A stretch of 64,000 nucleotides of DNA from an uncultured Klebsiella sp. (GCA_964539815.1 CAZIKU010000001.1:7554-71553); one strand, 5' to 3'. Shown: positions 37,536 to 48,328, counted from the stretch's first letter. Made by a program: numbers and translations. The notes: generated from the letters alone by a model not told the origin.

Positions 37536-38312
37536 TTACGAATCTATGCGTGGCCGTACATAGGTCATGGTCACATTGTGCATTACCGTATGAAACCCTA
37601 ATGCATGGTAAAGAGTGATTGCATGATAATCATGTATCGCGAATAAATATACCGTTTCTGCTTGAAGATGCGCATGAGCGACTGCATGGCTGACCAGGTG
37701 TTTTGCTACACCTTGCCGGCGCAATGGTGCTGTCACAAAAACCGATTCAATTCGACAAATATTGTTGTGTGTGAATGTCAAGCAACGACCTGCAGGTACA
37801 CCATCGAGATATGCAATATAGCCTTGTACTGCACTGTCGCGCAATTCTTCACGCCGTAGCGCATACATTTCGCTAGACGTGCTATGTGGCGTTGCTTCTT
37901 CAAGTGATGCCCATTGAATACGTTGTTCATCTGTTGAGACACGCACAACGTCGATCCGTGATGTTGCGGTGACAGGAACCGGTGCATCTAGGATGAGTAA
38001 ATCTGTGATGCCCCAGTCGTAGCGTGCAGTAAACCCGTGACTAGTAAGGAGTTGAGGGAATGTTGATGGTGTGGCATAGCTGTCAAGGTAGACTACGCTA
38101 TCACATCCGAGCGCTTCGTAGAATGCAATAATATCTGTGATAGCATGGGTGGCTTCTTGTTCGCTCTGTAGACGAAACAAACCTGCGTGATTGGGGTCAT
38201 AACGTGTCGGCAACGCAGGATTTGTGTAGAGGACGTATCCATCGCGTACCGTTTGTTTGCTGATAGTTTGCCAATAGGCACTGTCATGTTGCCAAATATA
38301 GTTGTAATTCAT
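37536..38312 (-). CDS. GNAT-family N-acetyltransferase
   Basis: The C-terminal half has RRQGVAKHLVSHAV, matching the Q/RxxGxG/A acetyl-CoA motif A. ATGA overlap with the upstream gene. Confidence 0.7.
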   Translation of the reverse strand: MNYNYIWQHDSAYWQTISKQTVRDGYVLYTNPALPTRYDPNHAGLFRLQSEQEATHAITDIIAFYEALGCDSVVYLDSYATPSTFPQLLTSHGFTARYDWGITDLLILDAPVPVTATSRIDVVRVSTDEQRIQWASLEEATPHSTSSEMYALRREELRDSAVQGYIAYLDGVPAGRCLTFTHNNICRIESVFVTAPLRRQGVAKHLVSHAVAHAHLQAETVYLFAIHDYHAITLYHALGFHTVMHNVTMTYVRPRIDS

Positions 38313-39364
38313 AATCCTGAGTTGCGTGTAGGTATCGCTACCGGCTCGGAGTAAAGTTCGAGTGGCCAGACATCTGGGTAAACATTTGTCAAAGGCAAGT
38401 CAATGCGATCACGGTAGACGGCTGATAAGTAGGCTGCCAAATTGACTTCGGCGGATTCAACGACGTGGTTAAATCCAATACGGGGCTCATTACCAGTTGT
38501 AATCCAGTTGGCCATATCGTGTATGGCATTGTCCCAACACCCATCCCAGCTGACTTTATTTCGGAAGTCGTATTCATACGTTCCCGTACGATTCGTCAGT
38601 GTCATGCGTTCTTCATCATGGATGGATATTGTGCCATGTGACCCGACTATCGTCATGATATCATCGCCGGGCATGGCTTGCCCACCATCGAGAATGCCAC
38701 GCGCGCCATTCGCAAACCCGATGTGGACTGTTGCATGGTCTTCCATTGCATGCCCAAACCCGCGTAGATCGCGCACACGAGCCTGTCCCATGACCCAACT
38801 CACGGGTTGTTCCGATACCAAGTAGCGGAACATGTCGATCCAGTGTGATCCCCATTCGCTCAAATCCCAGCCTGCGATTCCTGCGAGACACGCAATTGGT
38901 GTGCCAATCCGACCTTCTGTGATGCATTGTTGTGCATGGGTGAATACGGGACGATAACGGCGCACATGGGCCACACCAATTTTGATACCTGTTGATGCAA
39001 CAAGCTGACGAACTGCATGGAGCTGATGAACTGACGCCATAAACGGTTTTTCACAAAAGACAGCTTTCACCCCTGCATGGGCTGCGGCTTCGAGCATCTC
39101 GTAGTGTAGTCCGACGTATGTACAAATACTCACGATATCCGGTTGCTCATCACGGAGGAGTTGTTTGTAGTCGAGATATCCGGTGGCGTCGAACCGTTCA
39201 TTAAACGCATCGAGATGACTTTGAACGATATCTGCAACGGCCACGAGTTTGCAGGTAGCGGTGCGCTGGTATGCACCCGCATGCGTATAACCTATTTGAT
39301 AGCCACCGAGCTTGGTTTGCGTGGCATTGGCTTTGCCGGCACCAATAATTGCAGTACGATACAT
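38309..39364 (-). CDS. Gfo/Idh/MocA-family NAD(P)-dependent oxidoreductase
   Basis: IIGAGKA N-terminal Rossmann motif, the EKP motif (FCEKPF), and family-typical size. Confidence 0.85.
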   Translation of the reverse strand: MYRTAIIGAGKANATQTKLGGYQIGYTHAGAYQRTATCKLVAVADIVQSHLDAFNERFDATGYLDYKQLLRDEQPDIVSICTYVGLHYEMLEAAAHAGVKAVFCEKPFMASVHQLHAVRQLVASTGIKIGVAHVRRYRPVFTHAQQCITEGRIGTPIACLAGIAGWDLSEWGSHWIDMFRYLVSEQPVSWVMGQARVRDLRGFGHAMEDHATVHIGFANGARGILDGGQAMPGDDIMTIVGSHGTISIHDEERMTLTNRTGTYEYDFRNKVSWDGCWDNAIHDMANWITTGNEPRIGFNHVVESAEVNLAAYLSAVYRDRIDLPLTNVYPDVWPLELYSEPVAIPTRNSGL

Positions 39365-39373
39365 TGTTTGATC

Positions 39374-40051
39374 CTACATGTGCGGCTGAAGCAGCCATTG
39401 CACGCTATTACGCCATAGTTGACGTATGGCGGGGGCTTCGATTGAGCGTAAGTTGTGCCCGAGTGCAATATATACCGCAGTTCCTGCGGCATGTGATGCA
39501 GAAAGTGTTGTCACCATTGGATGCTGTTGTTCATCCCAGGGTGCCCACGCGTGATGGGTCGGATTGCGCGACTCATCCATCCATAATTTATAGTAGATTT
39601 CATCTACGGTGGCGAAATCATGTACCCCGGCAACGACTGGATGATTGGTGTTCCCAATATGAATCATATGTGCTTGGAATGGCGAGTGTGATGCACGTTG
39701 CCAGCCCCACTGTACACCCAGGCGTTGCGCGAATTCTGGCCAGTCGCTGTAGCATCCAATGGCACCATGGTGAATGAGGAGCGGGCGTTTGCTGTCGCAA
39801 TAGCGCAAAAACTTTGCTTGAGCGTCAGCGGTAATCGGTGTATAGGTCATATTGCCGGCCCAATCGGCACTCATCCCTGGCCAGAGCATACCCATAGGGA
39901 CGAGTAAATCGACATCGTCGAGGTCATCAAATGCTGCTGCATCGTGTCTGACGCTAATACGATATTGTGGGTCGAGCCATGTACTGATGATTGATGCTTG
40001 TTCATCAACTGGATGTGCACGTGGCCCACCCACATGGAAGCGAATATGCAT
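39374..40051 (-). CDS. ThuA-domain (trehalose-utilisation-like) protein
   Basis: LLIHHGAIG, HPVVAGVHDFATVDEIYY and VYIALGHN motifs are typical of ThuA. I chose the start at MHIRF (GGAG upstream). Confidence 0.7.
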   Translation of the reverse strand: MHIRFHVGGPRAHPVDEQASIISTWLDPQYRISVRHDAAAFDDLDDVDLLVPMGMLWPGMSADWAGNMTYTPITADAQAKFLRYCDSKRPLLIHHGAIGCYSDWPEFAQRLGVQWGWQRASHSPFQAHMIHIGNTNHPVVAGVHDFATVDEIYYKLWMDESRNPTHHAWAPWDEQQHPMVTTLSASHAAGTAVYIALGHNLRSIEAPAIRQLWRNSVQWLLQPHM

Positions 40052-40165
40052 GGAATTCTCCTCGTTCCTACGATTTTGTATCATTATATGTGCAAACCTA
40101 CAACACAATGAACATGGTCGAAATATACGCTACACTAGTCATGATGAATTACAACGAGGCACATA

Positions 40166-41353
40166 ATGGCGCTGACTTGGTTACCACGGTGGTTGCGCAA
40201 TCCGGTGTTGCGTGGTGCACTTTACTATTTTGGGTACTGGGGTGTGGTGGGATTCTACGTTCCCTTTTTGTTTGTTCACTTCAAAGAAATAGGACTGAGT
40301 GGCACCCAAATTGGCATTTTTGCTACCATGTTGCCCTTGCTGATGCTGACATCTGCACCGTATATCGCGAGCCTTGCAGACCGCTGGCGTGCACGTGTGC
40401 GCATACTGGCCGTGTGTATTGCCTTGACCGGCATTTCGATACTGTTGCTCGGGATGAGTGATAATTATCTTATTCTCGCACCACTGATGTTATTTATGTC
40501 AGTGGTGCGTAGTCCAATTGCGGGAATTGGCGATGGAATTATTGCCAAAATGGCAGTTCAGCACAATATCAACTTTGGATCGATGCGGATGTGGGGATCA
40601 TTTGGTTTTGCATCGATAGCTATCATTAGTGGCTATATTTGGCAGCAGACCGGTTATGCCCCAATGTTCGTGGCTGCATGTGTCGGGTTTGTGCCGGTTG
40701 CCATCATAGCGCTGTTTCTCGACGAAGAGCAAGTTGCGGCGCGACAAGGGCCGACGTGGGGACCGCTCCTCAAAGATCCTGCAATGCGCAATATTCTGAT
40801 TGTGGCGTTTCTGATGGCAGGCTCTTTGAGTATGAGTGGCACATTTGAAGGTATTTTGATGTCGTCGCTGGGTGGTGGCGGTCTGTATATCGGTCTCTTG
40901 TTGGGTGTAACTGGGATGTCCGAAATTCCCATGATGCGCAATGCGCCACGACTCTCCGCATGGCTAGGCGCAGAGCGCACACTCATGCTCGGCTGTGGTA
41001 TTTTGGCGTTTGCACATCTTGCATATGCCCTGGCATGGTCACCTACTATCCTGCTTGCGGCTGCCGTGTTGCGCGGTTCCGGTTTTGGGCTTTCGTTCGT
41101 CATGCTCGTTTCCATTGTGGCGGCACGTGCTCCAGCTGGCTTGGCAGCAAGTTCACAAGCGGCCGTGTCAGCCGCTGGTTGGGGGCTCGCACCATTAATT
41201 GGCATCCCACTTAGCGGAATGTTGTATGATGCTACTGGCGGGGCACAAAGCATTTTTCTCGTCAGTGTGGTGATGGCATGTGCGGCAGCAAGTACCGTTG
41301 CATTTGGTGTCTGGCGAGGGGTCTTTCGACCGCATGCGTCACAGGAGGGATAG
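40166..41353 (+). CDS. MFS transporter
   Basis: 395 aa with 12 hydrophobic segments. Has an LADRWRAR loop 2-3 motif. Confidence 0.85.
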   Translation: MALTWLPRWLRNPVLRGALYYFGYWGVVGFYVPFLFVHFKEIGLSGTQIGIFATMLPLLMLTSAPYIASLADRWRARVRILAVCIALTGISILLLGMSDNYLILAPLMLFMSVVRSPIAGIGDGIIAKMAVQHNINFGSMRMWGSFGFASIAIISGYIWQQTGYAPMFVAACVGFVPVAIIALFLDEEQVAARQGPTWGPLLKDPAMRNILIVAFLMAGSLSMSGTFEGILMSSLGGGGLYIGLLLGVTGMSEIPMMRNAPRLSAWLGAERTLMLGCGILAFAHLAYALAWSPTILLAAAVLRGSGFGLSFVMLVSIVAARAPAGLAASSQAAVSAAGWGLAPLIGIPLSGMLYDATGGAQSIFLVSVVMACAAASTVAFGVWRGVFRPHASQEG

Positions 41354-41752
41354 ATGGCGTATTGGCTGCTCAAAACAGAACCTGACGATTATCAGTATGC
41401 CCAACTTCAGGCTGCCGGGCGCACTATCTGGGATGGTGTGGCCAATGCAATGGCCGTAAACTTCATCAAAACAATGCAGGTTGGGGATGAGTGCATCATC
41501 TATCATACGGGTGATGAACGTCGCTGTGCCGGTGTGGCACGCGTGGTGTCTCCACCATACATCGATCCGACCGACTCCACCAAAAAACTTTTTGTGGTCG
41601 ATGTTGAAGCCGTACGTGCATTGCATGATGGGATTCAGCTTGCCCAAATCAAAGCGCAAGCACTATTCGCTGATTCGTATTTGGTGCGCATCGGACGGCT
41701 TTCTGTTGTGCCGTTAACAGAAGCACAGTTCGCGTATTTACTCGCAGAGTAA
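41354..41752 (+). CDS. EVE (PUA-like) domain protein
   Basis: MAYWLLKTEPDDY...WDGVANAMA...GDECIIYHTG matches the EVE-domain consensus. The start codon directly abuts the MFS stop codon. Confidence 0.8.
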   Translation: MAYWLLKTEPDDYQYAQLQAAGRTIWDGVANAMAVNFIKTMQVGDECIIYHTGDERRCAGVARVVSPPYIDPTDSTKKLFVVDVEAVRALHDGIQLAQIKAQALFADSYLVRIGRLSVVPLTEAQFAYLLAE

Positions 41753-41770
41753 TCTGGAAAGGGTTTATCA

Positions 41771-43276
41771 ATGTCTCAAGAACTCCAAGAATTAAAGACA
41801 CGACTTGCGGAGTTGAGTGACCTCAATGCAATCGCCGCATTGCTCGGGTGGGATCAAAGCAGTATTATGCCGGCTGGCGCAGGTGAGGGGCGTGGTCGTC
41901 AGATGGCCCTGATGTCCAAAATGCTCCATGAGAAATTCACTGATCCGGCGATTGGTCATTTGTTGGAAAAATTGCGCGTCCAGGCTGAAGATTGGCCAGC
42001 GGAGAGCGTAGATGCTCAATTGGTTGCAGTGACTGCCAAAGACTATGACCAGGCTACACGCGTGCCTGCAGAATTTGTCAGTGAAATGGCATCACATTCC
42101 AATGCAAGCTACATGGCATGGGCCGAAGCACGCCCCAACAACGATTTTGCCAAAGTAGTGCCGTATCTCGAAAAAACGCTCGAACTCAGTCGTAAATATG
42201 CCTCCTTTTTCCCTGGGTTTAGCCACATCGCCGATCCGCTCATCGACCAATCAGATGCAGGCATGACCGTGGCCACCATCCGCCCACTCTTTAAAACGTT
42301 GCGCGATGGTCTGGTACCGATGGTAGATGCTATTTGTCGGCAAGCACCGGTCGATGATTCATGTCTGCTCGGCCCCTATCCGATTCCCGCACAGATGGAA
42401 TATGGCCGGCGCTTGGCAGAGATTGTTGGTTATGACTTCCATCGTGGGCGCCTCGATACGGCGCTACATCCATTCGAAGCCCGTTTGGCATATGGTGATA
42501 TCCGCATCACCACGCGTGCGCGTGAAAATGACCTCGGTGACTGTATTTTTAGCGTCATCCACGAGTGCGGGCATGCCATGTACGAGCAAGGTGTGGCATT
42601 CGAACTCGAAGGCACTCCATTGGCACATGGGACGTCGAGCGGGGTGCACGAAAGTCAGTCACGGTTGTGGGAGAATATCGTTGGTCGCTCGCGTACGTTT
42701 TGGCAACACCACTATGCAGGATTGCAGGACGTCTTTCCCACGCAGCTCGGTAATGTATCACTCGATACCTTTTATCGTGCCATCAACAAAGTTTCACGTT
42801 CATTGATCCGCACCGATGCCGATGAAGTGACCTACAACCTGCACGTGATTATTCGTTTTGAGTTGGAACTTGAATTGCTCGAGGGAACGTTGGCGGTAAA
42901 AGACTTAGCCCGTACATGGAAAGAGCGCTATGCCAGCACGTTGGGCATCGAGCCACCAAACGACAAAGATGGCGTGCTGCAAGACGTACACTGGTATGCG
43001 GGAACGATTGGTGGTTCCTTCCAAGGCTATACCATTGGCAACGTCATGTCTGCACAGATTTACGATGCCGCAATAGCAAGTAACCCGGGCATCGCACAAG
43101 ATATTGCCACAGGCAACTATCGTTCGTTGCTGACATGGTTGCAACAACACCTCTATGCCACCGGTCGACGGTATAATGCCCCTGATACACTCAAGCGTGT
43201 CACCGGACAAGAGTTGTCGGTGATCCCGTATTTCGCTTACTTGCGCAAAAAGTATGGGGCGATTTACTCATTATAA
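41771..43276 (+). CDS. M32 carboxypeptidase (Taq/thermostable carboxypeptidase 1 family)
   Basis: HPF, DIRITTR, HECGHAMY (HExxH) and IRTDADE motifs. 501 aa. Confidence 0.9.
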   Translation: MSQELQELKTRLAELSDLNAIAALLGWDQSSIMPAGAGEGRGRQMALMSKMLHEKFTDPAIGHLLEKLRVQAEDWPAESVDAQLVAVTAKDYDQATRVPAEFVSEMASHSNASYMAWAEARPNNDFAKVVPYLEKTLELSRKYASFFPGFSHIADPLIDQSDAGMTVATIRPLFKTLRDGLVPMVDAICRQAPVDDSCLLGPYPIPAQMEYGRRLAEIVGYDFHRGRLDTALHPFEARLAYGDIRITTRARENDLGDCIFSVIHECGHAMYEQGVAFELEGTPLAHGTSSGVHESQSRLWENIVGRSRTFWQHHYAGLQDVFPTQLGNVSLDTFYRAINKVSRSLIRTDADEVTYNLHVIIRFELELELLEGTLAVKDLARTWKERYASTLGIEPPNDKDGVLQDVHWYAGTIGGSFQGYTIGNVMSAQIYDAAIASNPGIAQDIATGNYRSLLTWLQQHLYATGRRYNAPDTLKRVTGQELSVIPYFAYLRKKYGAIYSL

Positions 43277-43296
43277 TCTCATGCAACTTTGGCATG

Positions 43297-43330
43297 CCCA
43301 CCCACGTCATAAATGTGGGTGGGATTTATT
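43297..43330 (+). terminator. rho-independent terminator
   Basis: CCCACCCAC, a 9-nt loop, then GTGGGTGGG followed by ATTTATTCTATT. It starts 21 nt after the M32 stop. Confidence 0.6.
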
Positions 43331-43342
43331 CTATTATTCTAG

Positions 43343-44092
43343 ATGGGGCACCATATGAGTCGAATCGATACTATAGTTTTGGTTGCATTCACACTAATTG
43401 CTGCACTGGTTGGTAGTGCACTACCAACACTCATTCGGCCACAATCGCCAGTTGCAGTTGGTCCTGATGCACAACCAGTGACGCGGCGCATCGATGTGTC
43501 CGGTTCAGGAATTGTGTATGCGATTCCTGACCAGGCCACGGTGCAAATCGGAGTGTCTTCGCAATCGGCGAGTGCATCAGATGCACTCAAAGATAACTCG
43601 AGCAAGACAGCCGCTGTGATTGAAACAATCAAATCGTTGGGTGTAGAAGAGAAAGATATCCAGACGCGCGATTTTTCAATTTACCCCACGTATGATCAGG
43701 CTACGAGTACAAAAATAACCGGGTACCAGGTAAATAACGCGGTGGTGGTGATTATCCGCGATGTCAAAAACGCGGGTGCCATCCTCGACCAGGTAGTCCA
43801 GTCGGGTGCAAACAATATCTCAGGTTTGTCGTTTGATGTATCGGATCCGACTGCACAACAGGCTGAAGCGCGTGCCAAAGCAGTTGCTGTTGCCCGTGCC
43901 AAAGCAGAAGTGTTGGCGTCAGCAGCTGGGGTATCGTTGGGTGATATCATCAGTATCAACGAATCGGTAACCAATAGCGGTCCGATTATGCCGTACGCAC
44001 GTGCAGATATGGCAATGGCTGAAGCCGTGCCAGTTGCGACAGGTCAACAAGCAATCACCGTGGATGTGTCGATCTCATTTGCCATCCGCTAA
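43343..44092 (+). CDS. SIMPL-domain (DUF541) secreted/periplasmic protein
   Basis: N-terminal TM or signal segment. SGSGIVYAIPDQATVQIGV...IQTRDFSIYPTY matches the SIMPL consensus. Confidence 0.8.
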   Translation: MGHHMSRIDTIVLVAFTLIAALVGSALPTLIRPQSPVAVGPDAQPVTRRIDVSGSGIVYAIPDQATVQIGVSSQSASASDALKDNSSKTAAVIETIKSLGVEEKDIQTRDFSIYPTYDQATSTKITGYQVNNAVVVIIRDVKNAGAILDQVVQSGANNISGLSFDVSDPTAQQAEARAKAVAVARAKAEVLASAAGVSLGDIISINESVTNSGPIMPYARADMAMAEAVPVATGQQAITVDVSISFAIR

Positions 44093-44111
44093 GCGATTCA
44101 TTCAACATGCA

Positions 44112-44147
44112 ACCACGGGCAGGTGTATACCTAGCCCGTGGTTTTTG
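44112..44147 (+). terminator. rho-independent terminator
   Basis: ACCACGGGC, a 13-nt loop, then GCCCGTGGT followed by TTTTTGG. Confidence 0.7.
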
Positions 44148-44185
44148 GTATTATAGACACGAATAGTTCTAGTAAGTAGGTCGTC

Positions 44186-45229
44186 GTGTTCATTCCAGAA
44201 GATCATTCGCACCGTCGATACAATCCATTGCTCGATGAATGGGTACTCGTCTCGCCTCATCGTACCAAGCGTCCATGGCAAGGTCAGGTAGAATCATTGC
44301 CGCCAGAAGCACGACTACCGTATGATGCAGGATGTTATTTGTGTCCTGGGAATGCGCGCGTCGGTGGACACACCAACCCCACATACAATGATGTGTTCGT
44401 GTTTGATAATGACTTTGCTGCACTCCAGAGTGATGCCCCTGCAGGAGGATCAAATCAAGGATTGTTACGTGCCGAAAGCGAGCGCGGGACATGCCGTGTC
44501 ATCTGTTTTAGCCCGCGTCATGATTTGACTCTGGGGGAAATGCACCGTGACGATATCGCGCGTGTCGTGCGCGTCTGGCAATCGCAATATGCCGAGCTCA
44601 GTCAGGAGCCCGATATCGGCTACGTGCAAATATTTGAAAATCGTGGTGCCATGATGGGGTCGAGTAACCCGCATCCGCATGGGCAAATCTGGGCAACGCA
44701 GCATACGCCAACGTTGGTGGTCCGTGAAGATGCTAACCAACTTGTCTATTTTGCCAGTCATGGCCGCACGTTGCTGACTGACTACCTCGCCCAAGAAATC
44801 AGCAGTGGTGAGCGTATTGTCGCAATCAACGATGCATTTGTCGCATTAGTACCGTGGTGGGCGATATGGCCATTTGAAACAATGATTTTGCCGCGTCGCC
44901 CACAAGCGCACATCGGCGAACTCAGTTCAAGTGAAGTCGTCGACTTGGCAGATATCCTCAAACGGACGGTGACGCGCTACGACAATCTCTTTTCAACGTT
45001 GTTTCCGTATTCACTGGGTATTCATCAAGCGCCGAGCAAAATGACCAAAGTTGACCACTGGCATTGGCATATTCACATCGTTCCACCGTTGCTGCGCTCT
45101 GCTACCGTACGCAAATTTATGGTCGGGTATGAATTGCTCGCCGAGCCACAACGTGACATAACTCCCGAACAAGCGGCGAAGCGTCTGCGTGAACTGTCTG
45201 AAAAACACTACCGGGAGCAAAAAGTATGA
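44186..45229 (+). CDS. galT: galactose-1-phosphate uridylyltransferase
   Basis: [32 protein letters not shown] (zinc site) and HPHGQIWA (HPH active site). GTG start. Confidence 0.9.
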   Translation: MFIPEDHSHRRYNPLLDEWVLVSPHRTKRPWQGQVESLPPEARLPYDAGCYLCPGNARVGGHTNPTYNDVFVFDNDFAALQSDAPAGGSNQGLLRAESERGTCRVICFSPRHDLTLGEMHRDDIARVVRVWQSQYAELSQEPDIGYVQIFENRGAMMGSSNPHPHGQIWATQHTPTLVVREDANQLVYFASHGRTLLTDYLAQEISSGERIVAINDAFVALVPWWAIWPFETMILPRRPQAHIGELSSSEVVDLADILKRTVTRYDNLFSTLFPYSLGIHQAPSKMTKVDHWHWHIHIVPPLLRSATVRKFMVGYELLAEPQRDITPEQAAKRLRELSEKHYREQKV

Positions 45230-45753
45230 GTATTAGTACTGCATGGCTTGATGCTGAATCTGTAGATGTGGCACTTCCTCGACTTCATGAGATCCTGGTT
45301 GCGGTTGTCGAAGCAAATGCAAGTGTAGGATTTATGTTGCCGGTGGATCATGCCGTTATTGCTCGCTATTGGTATGGTGTTGCTGATGCGGTAAAACGTG
45401 CAGCCAAGCATGTTGTCGTTGCTTATGATGCGGATGGTCACATCATCGGAACAGCGCAAATCGAAAACGCATCATCCGCGAATGGTGCTCATCGTGCCGA
45501 AGTTATGAAGGTATTAGTGCATCCACGCATGCAGCGCCATGGCGTCGGACTCGTGTTGATGCACGAGCTCGAGAAATTCGCACAGGCACGGGGTTGGTGG
45601 TTGCTGTTGCTCGACACCAAACAGGGCGACGGAGGCGAGCGATTATACGCCAAGGCAGGCTGGACAAAGTTCGGCGAAGTGCCGGAGTATGCCTTTAGCC
45701 CAGATGGGACGCTCGCGGGGACGAGTTTTTGGTATAAGTTACTCGCGCACTAA
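45226..45753 (+). CDS. GNAT-family N-acetyltransferase
   Basis: [15 protein letters not shown] matches motif A. 175 aa. ATGA overlap with galT. Confidence 0.8.
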   Translation: MSISTAWLDAESVDVALPRLHEILVAVVEANASVGFMLPVDHAVIARYWYGVADAVKRAAKHVVVAYDADGHIIGTAQIENASSANGAHRAEVMKVLVHPRMQRHGVGLVLMHELEKFAQARGWWLLLLDTKQGDGGERLYAKAGWTKFGEVPEYAFSPDGTLAGTSFWYKLLAH

Positions 45754-46586
45754 ATCAACAGGATTTCCTGTGATTTTGGTGCTTTTTGTTCATTCATACT
45801 GCCCGATCGGTAGCCAGTTAAATCGAGCGTTACAAACTTATACCCGAGTGCTTTGAGTTTATCGGTGATTGCATCACGATGCGTCATGGCAAGTTCGAAT
45901 TGGTCGTTGGTGACTTCGATCCGCGCAATCGCATCATGATGGCGTACGCGGAATTGATGGAATCCCAAGCTGCGCATGTGGCGCTCTGCTTCGTCCAAGA
46001 TGCGGAGTTTGTCTGCAGTGACTCGTTCTCCGTATTGAATTCGCGATGAAAGACACGCATACGACGGTTTGTTCCAATTCGAGAGCCCGAAGTTTTTGGC
46101 CAGGACGCGGATTTCTGCCTTACCGAGACCTGCTTCAATTAACGGACTACGCACATTGAATTCTTTGGCGGCCTGGTGTCCTGGCCGGTGCGTGCCTACG
46201 TCATCGGCCATCGCCCCGTAGACAATCGTTTGTATGCCGAGAGAATGTGCGAGTGGCTCGAGCTCACTGAAGAGTGTTTTCTTGCAAAAGTAACAGCGAT
46301 CGGTATCGTTGCGTGCATATCCCTCGAGCGCGAGTTCATGCGTTGTGACGACTTCGTGTCGCGCACCAATGTCGCGTGCGAGTTGTTGCGCTTGGGCCAA
46401 TTCCTCACGCGGATATGTTTCGGAGTCTGCAGTGCCAGCAACACACTTATCACCGAGTACATCGTAGGCAACTTTCAGCAGCACTGTGCTATCTACGCCA
46501 CCTGAAAATGCCACGAGGACACTCCCCATGTCGCGCAACAACTGTTGCAAGTGTGTGTATTTTTCTTGAAGTGACTGAGTAGTCAT
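45750..46586 (-). CDS. larE: LarE-like PP-loop ATP-dependent sulfur transferase
   Basis: SGGVDSTVL PP-loop and PSYACLSSRI, the LarE-type Cys-containing motif. 278 aa. Overlaps the upstream LarB-like gene by 4 nt. Confidence 0.7.
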   Translation of the reverse strand: MTTQSLQEKYTHLQQLLRDMGSVLVAFSGGVDSTVLLKVAYDVLGDKCVAGTADSETYPREELAQAQQLARDIGARHEVVTTHELALEGYARNDTDRCYFCKKTLFSELEPLAHSLGIQTIVYGAMADDVGTHRPGHQAAKEFNVRSPLIEAGLGKAEIRVLAKNFGLSNWNKPSYACLSSRIQYGERVTADKLRILDEAERHMRSLGFHQFRVRHHDAIARIEVTNDQFELAMTHRDAITDKLKALGYKFVTLDLTGYRSGSMNEQKAPKSQEILLI

Positions 46587-47302
46587 ACGCGAGTTCCTTT
46601 GTGACGAGCCGTAAATAGCTGACGTGCAATGCGTGCCGCGGCCGCCCCTGCGCCTACGCCATTATCAATATTAACCACAGTAATTCCTGGTGCGCAACTT
46701 TGCAACATGGTGCCGAGTGCGGCATGTCCTGCCCCGCCAAAGCCATAGCCGACTGCGGTAGGGAGCCCGATGACCGGGACATCCACTAATCCCGTGATGA
46801 CCGAAGGTAGTGCACCGTCCATCCCTGCTGCTACTATGATAACATCGACGGGGATTGTTAATAAATGGCGGAGCGGTTCAAAGAGCCGGTGTAACCCAGC
46901 AACTCCCACATCAGTGACACGGTGTACATCACATCCCAACTCATGGCAGATAGCTGCGGCCTCATCTGCAACTGGTAAATCGCTTGTTCCTGCGGCCACA
47001 ATACCAACGTTGCCTCCTTTTTCGGGGAGGCTACTCGACGTGTGTGCAATGGTGATAATGCGATCTGCGGTCCCGCGTGTAATCATATCTGCGGGATACG
47101 TGGCACATAATGCCGCAACAGTCTCTGGTTGTGCTCGACTCACGAGTGCGCGTCCGTTGCGTGCGAGTAACCCGGCTACGATAGCAAGTGTTTGTTCTGT
47201 GGTTTTGTTGATGGCATATATGACTTCGGGCATGCCGGTGCGTTGTTGACGTAGCAAATCAATGGAGGCAAAAGAGTCGATGTGCAAAATTGGATTTGTC
47301 AT
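46583..47302 (-). CDS. larB: LarB-like (PurE-fold) pyridinium-3,5-biscarboxylic acid mononucleotide synthase
   Basis: GMPEVIYAINKT and IIVAAGMDGALPSVITGL...VIGLPT are PurE/AIR-carboxylase-like motifs. The N-terminal extension is typical of LarB. Confidence 0.65.
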   Translation of the reverse strand: MTNPILHIDSFASIDLLRQQRTGMPEVIYAINKTTEQTLAIVAGLLARNGRALVSRAQPETVAALCATYPADMITRGTADRIITIAHTSSSLPEKGGNVGIVAAGTSDLPVADEAAAICHELGCDVHRVTDVGVAGLHRLFEPLRHLLTIPVDVIIVAAGMDGALPSVITGLVDVPVIGLPTAVGYGFGGAGHAALGTMLQSCAPGITVVNIDNGVGAGAAAARIARQLFTARHKGTRV

Positions 47303-48213
47303 GATGTGTAATCCTCGCGTGTTTCTCCATATGCAGTTATACCAATTCCGCCTAAGAGGCTGATTAGCCCGACGAGTTGGAATGGCGTAATCTGTTCACC
47401 AAAAAGGGTGAATGCCAAAATCGCCGAACCTACCGGTTCACCGAGCAATGCGATTGTAACGAGCAATGCAGATAAGTGGCGCATTGCAAAGTTGATGGAT
47501 GTGTGCCCGAGTAATTGTGGGCCAAGTGCTAATCCGATTAAGTAGAGCCATGCCACAGGTTGTGCTGGCAATGCGGTGAGGCCTACACTCATGCATGCGA
47601 GCAGAAGTACGATGGCAGCACTGCCGTATGTGATCCAAATATAGTGAAGCAACGGAATGTGTGCGCGGACACCGCGCCCAATCAGAAAGTATATAGAACC
47701 ACTAATTGCACCAATGAGTGCGAGACTGTTGCCGAGGAGTGGTTGTGGTCCATTGGCACTTTGCTGGTCGCTGAGTGCGATAATAATTGACCCGGCAATG
47801 GTCAACACCATTCCGCCAATCCGCCATTGATTGAGTCGTTCTTTGAAAATGAGCATGGCTGCAATTCCGACCCATAGTGGCGTCGTCGAGACCAGGGCCG
47901 CAGACGACGCCACTGTGGTGTATTCTAGGGATTGAATCCATGTGGCAAAATGTACGGCGAGACATAGTCCTGACAAAAGTGCCATGCGTACATGTGACCA
48001 TGCATACGCGCGTGCTGTTGTCGCCCATCTGTAGGCAACAATGAGTGTCAAGATACTTGCAGAAACACCGAGGCGTATCGCTGCAATGCTCAGCGATGGG
48101 ATAGCCATCCCTTGAGCGTAACGTATGAGGATTGAAGATGTGGCAATTACACAGATGCCACATGCGAGGAAAATCGCTGCCAGCACTTTTGCCGAGACAA
48201 CTGGTGTGTTCAT
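47299..48213 (-). CDS. EamA/DMT-family transporter
   Basis: 304 aa with 10 TM segments in a two-fold repeat. 4-nt overlap with the downstream LarB-like gene. Confidence 0.8.
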   Translation of the reverse strand: MNTPVVSAKVLAAIFLACGICVIATSSILIRYAQGMAIPSLSIAAIRLGVSASILTLIVAYRWATTARAYAWSHVRMALLSGLCLAVHFATWIQSLEYTTVASSAALVSTTPLWVGIAAMLIFKERLNQWRIGGMVLTIAGSIIIALSDQQSANGPQPLLGNSLALIGAISGSIYFLIGRGVRAHIPLLHYIWITYGSAAIVLLLACMSVGLTALPAQPVAWLYLIGLALGPQLLGHTSINFAMRHLSALLVTIALLGEPVGSAILAFTLFGEQITPFQLVGLISLLGGIGITAYGETREDYTS

Positions 48214-48328
48214 AGTTAAATTGTACCATTATGCATGGTCTGACAGTATAGGAACTTTGTATTGGTGCAATTACATCAAAATGTGATTGTTTAGTATAAT
48301 ATGCACATAGGTATAGAGGAATCAAAAC

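Noticed and set aside
42791-42799. GTTTCACGT, a half-site of the canonical parS palindrome TGTTNCACGTGAAACA
   Set aside because: Only one half is present, there is no inverted repeat, and it lies inside the M32 carboxypeptidase coding sequence. By-eye scanning found no full parS, but the scan was not exhaustive.
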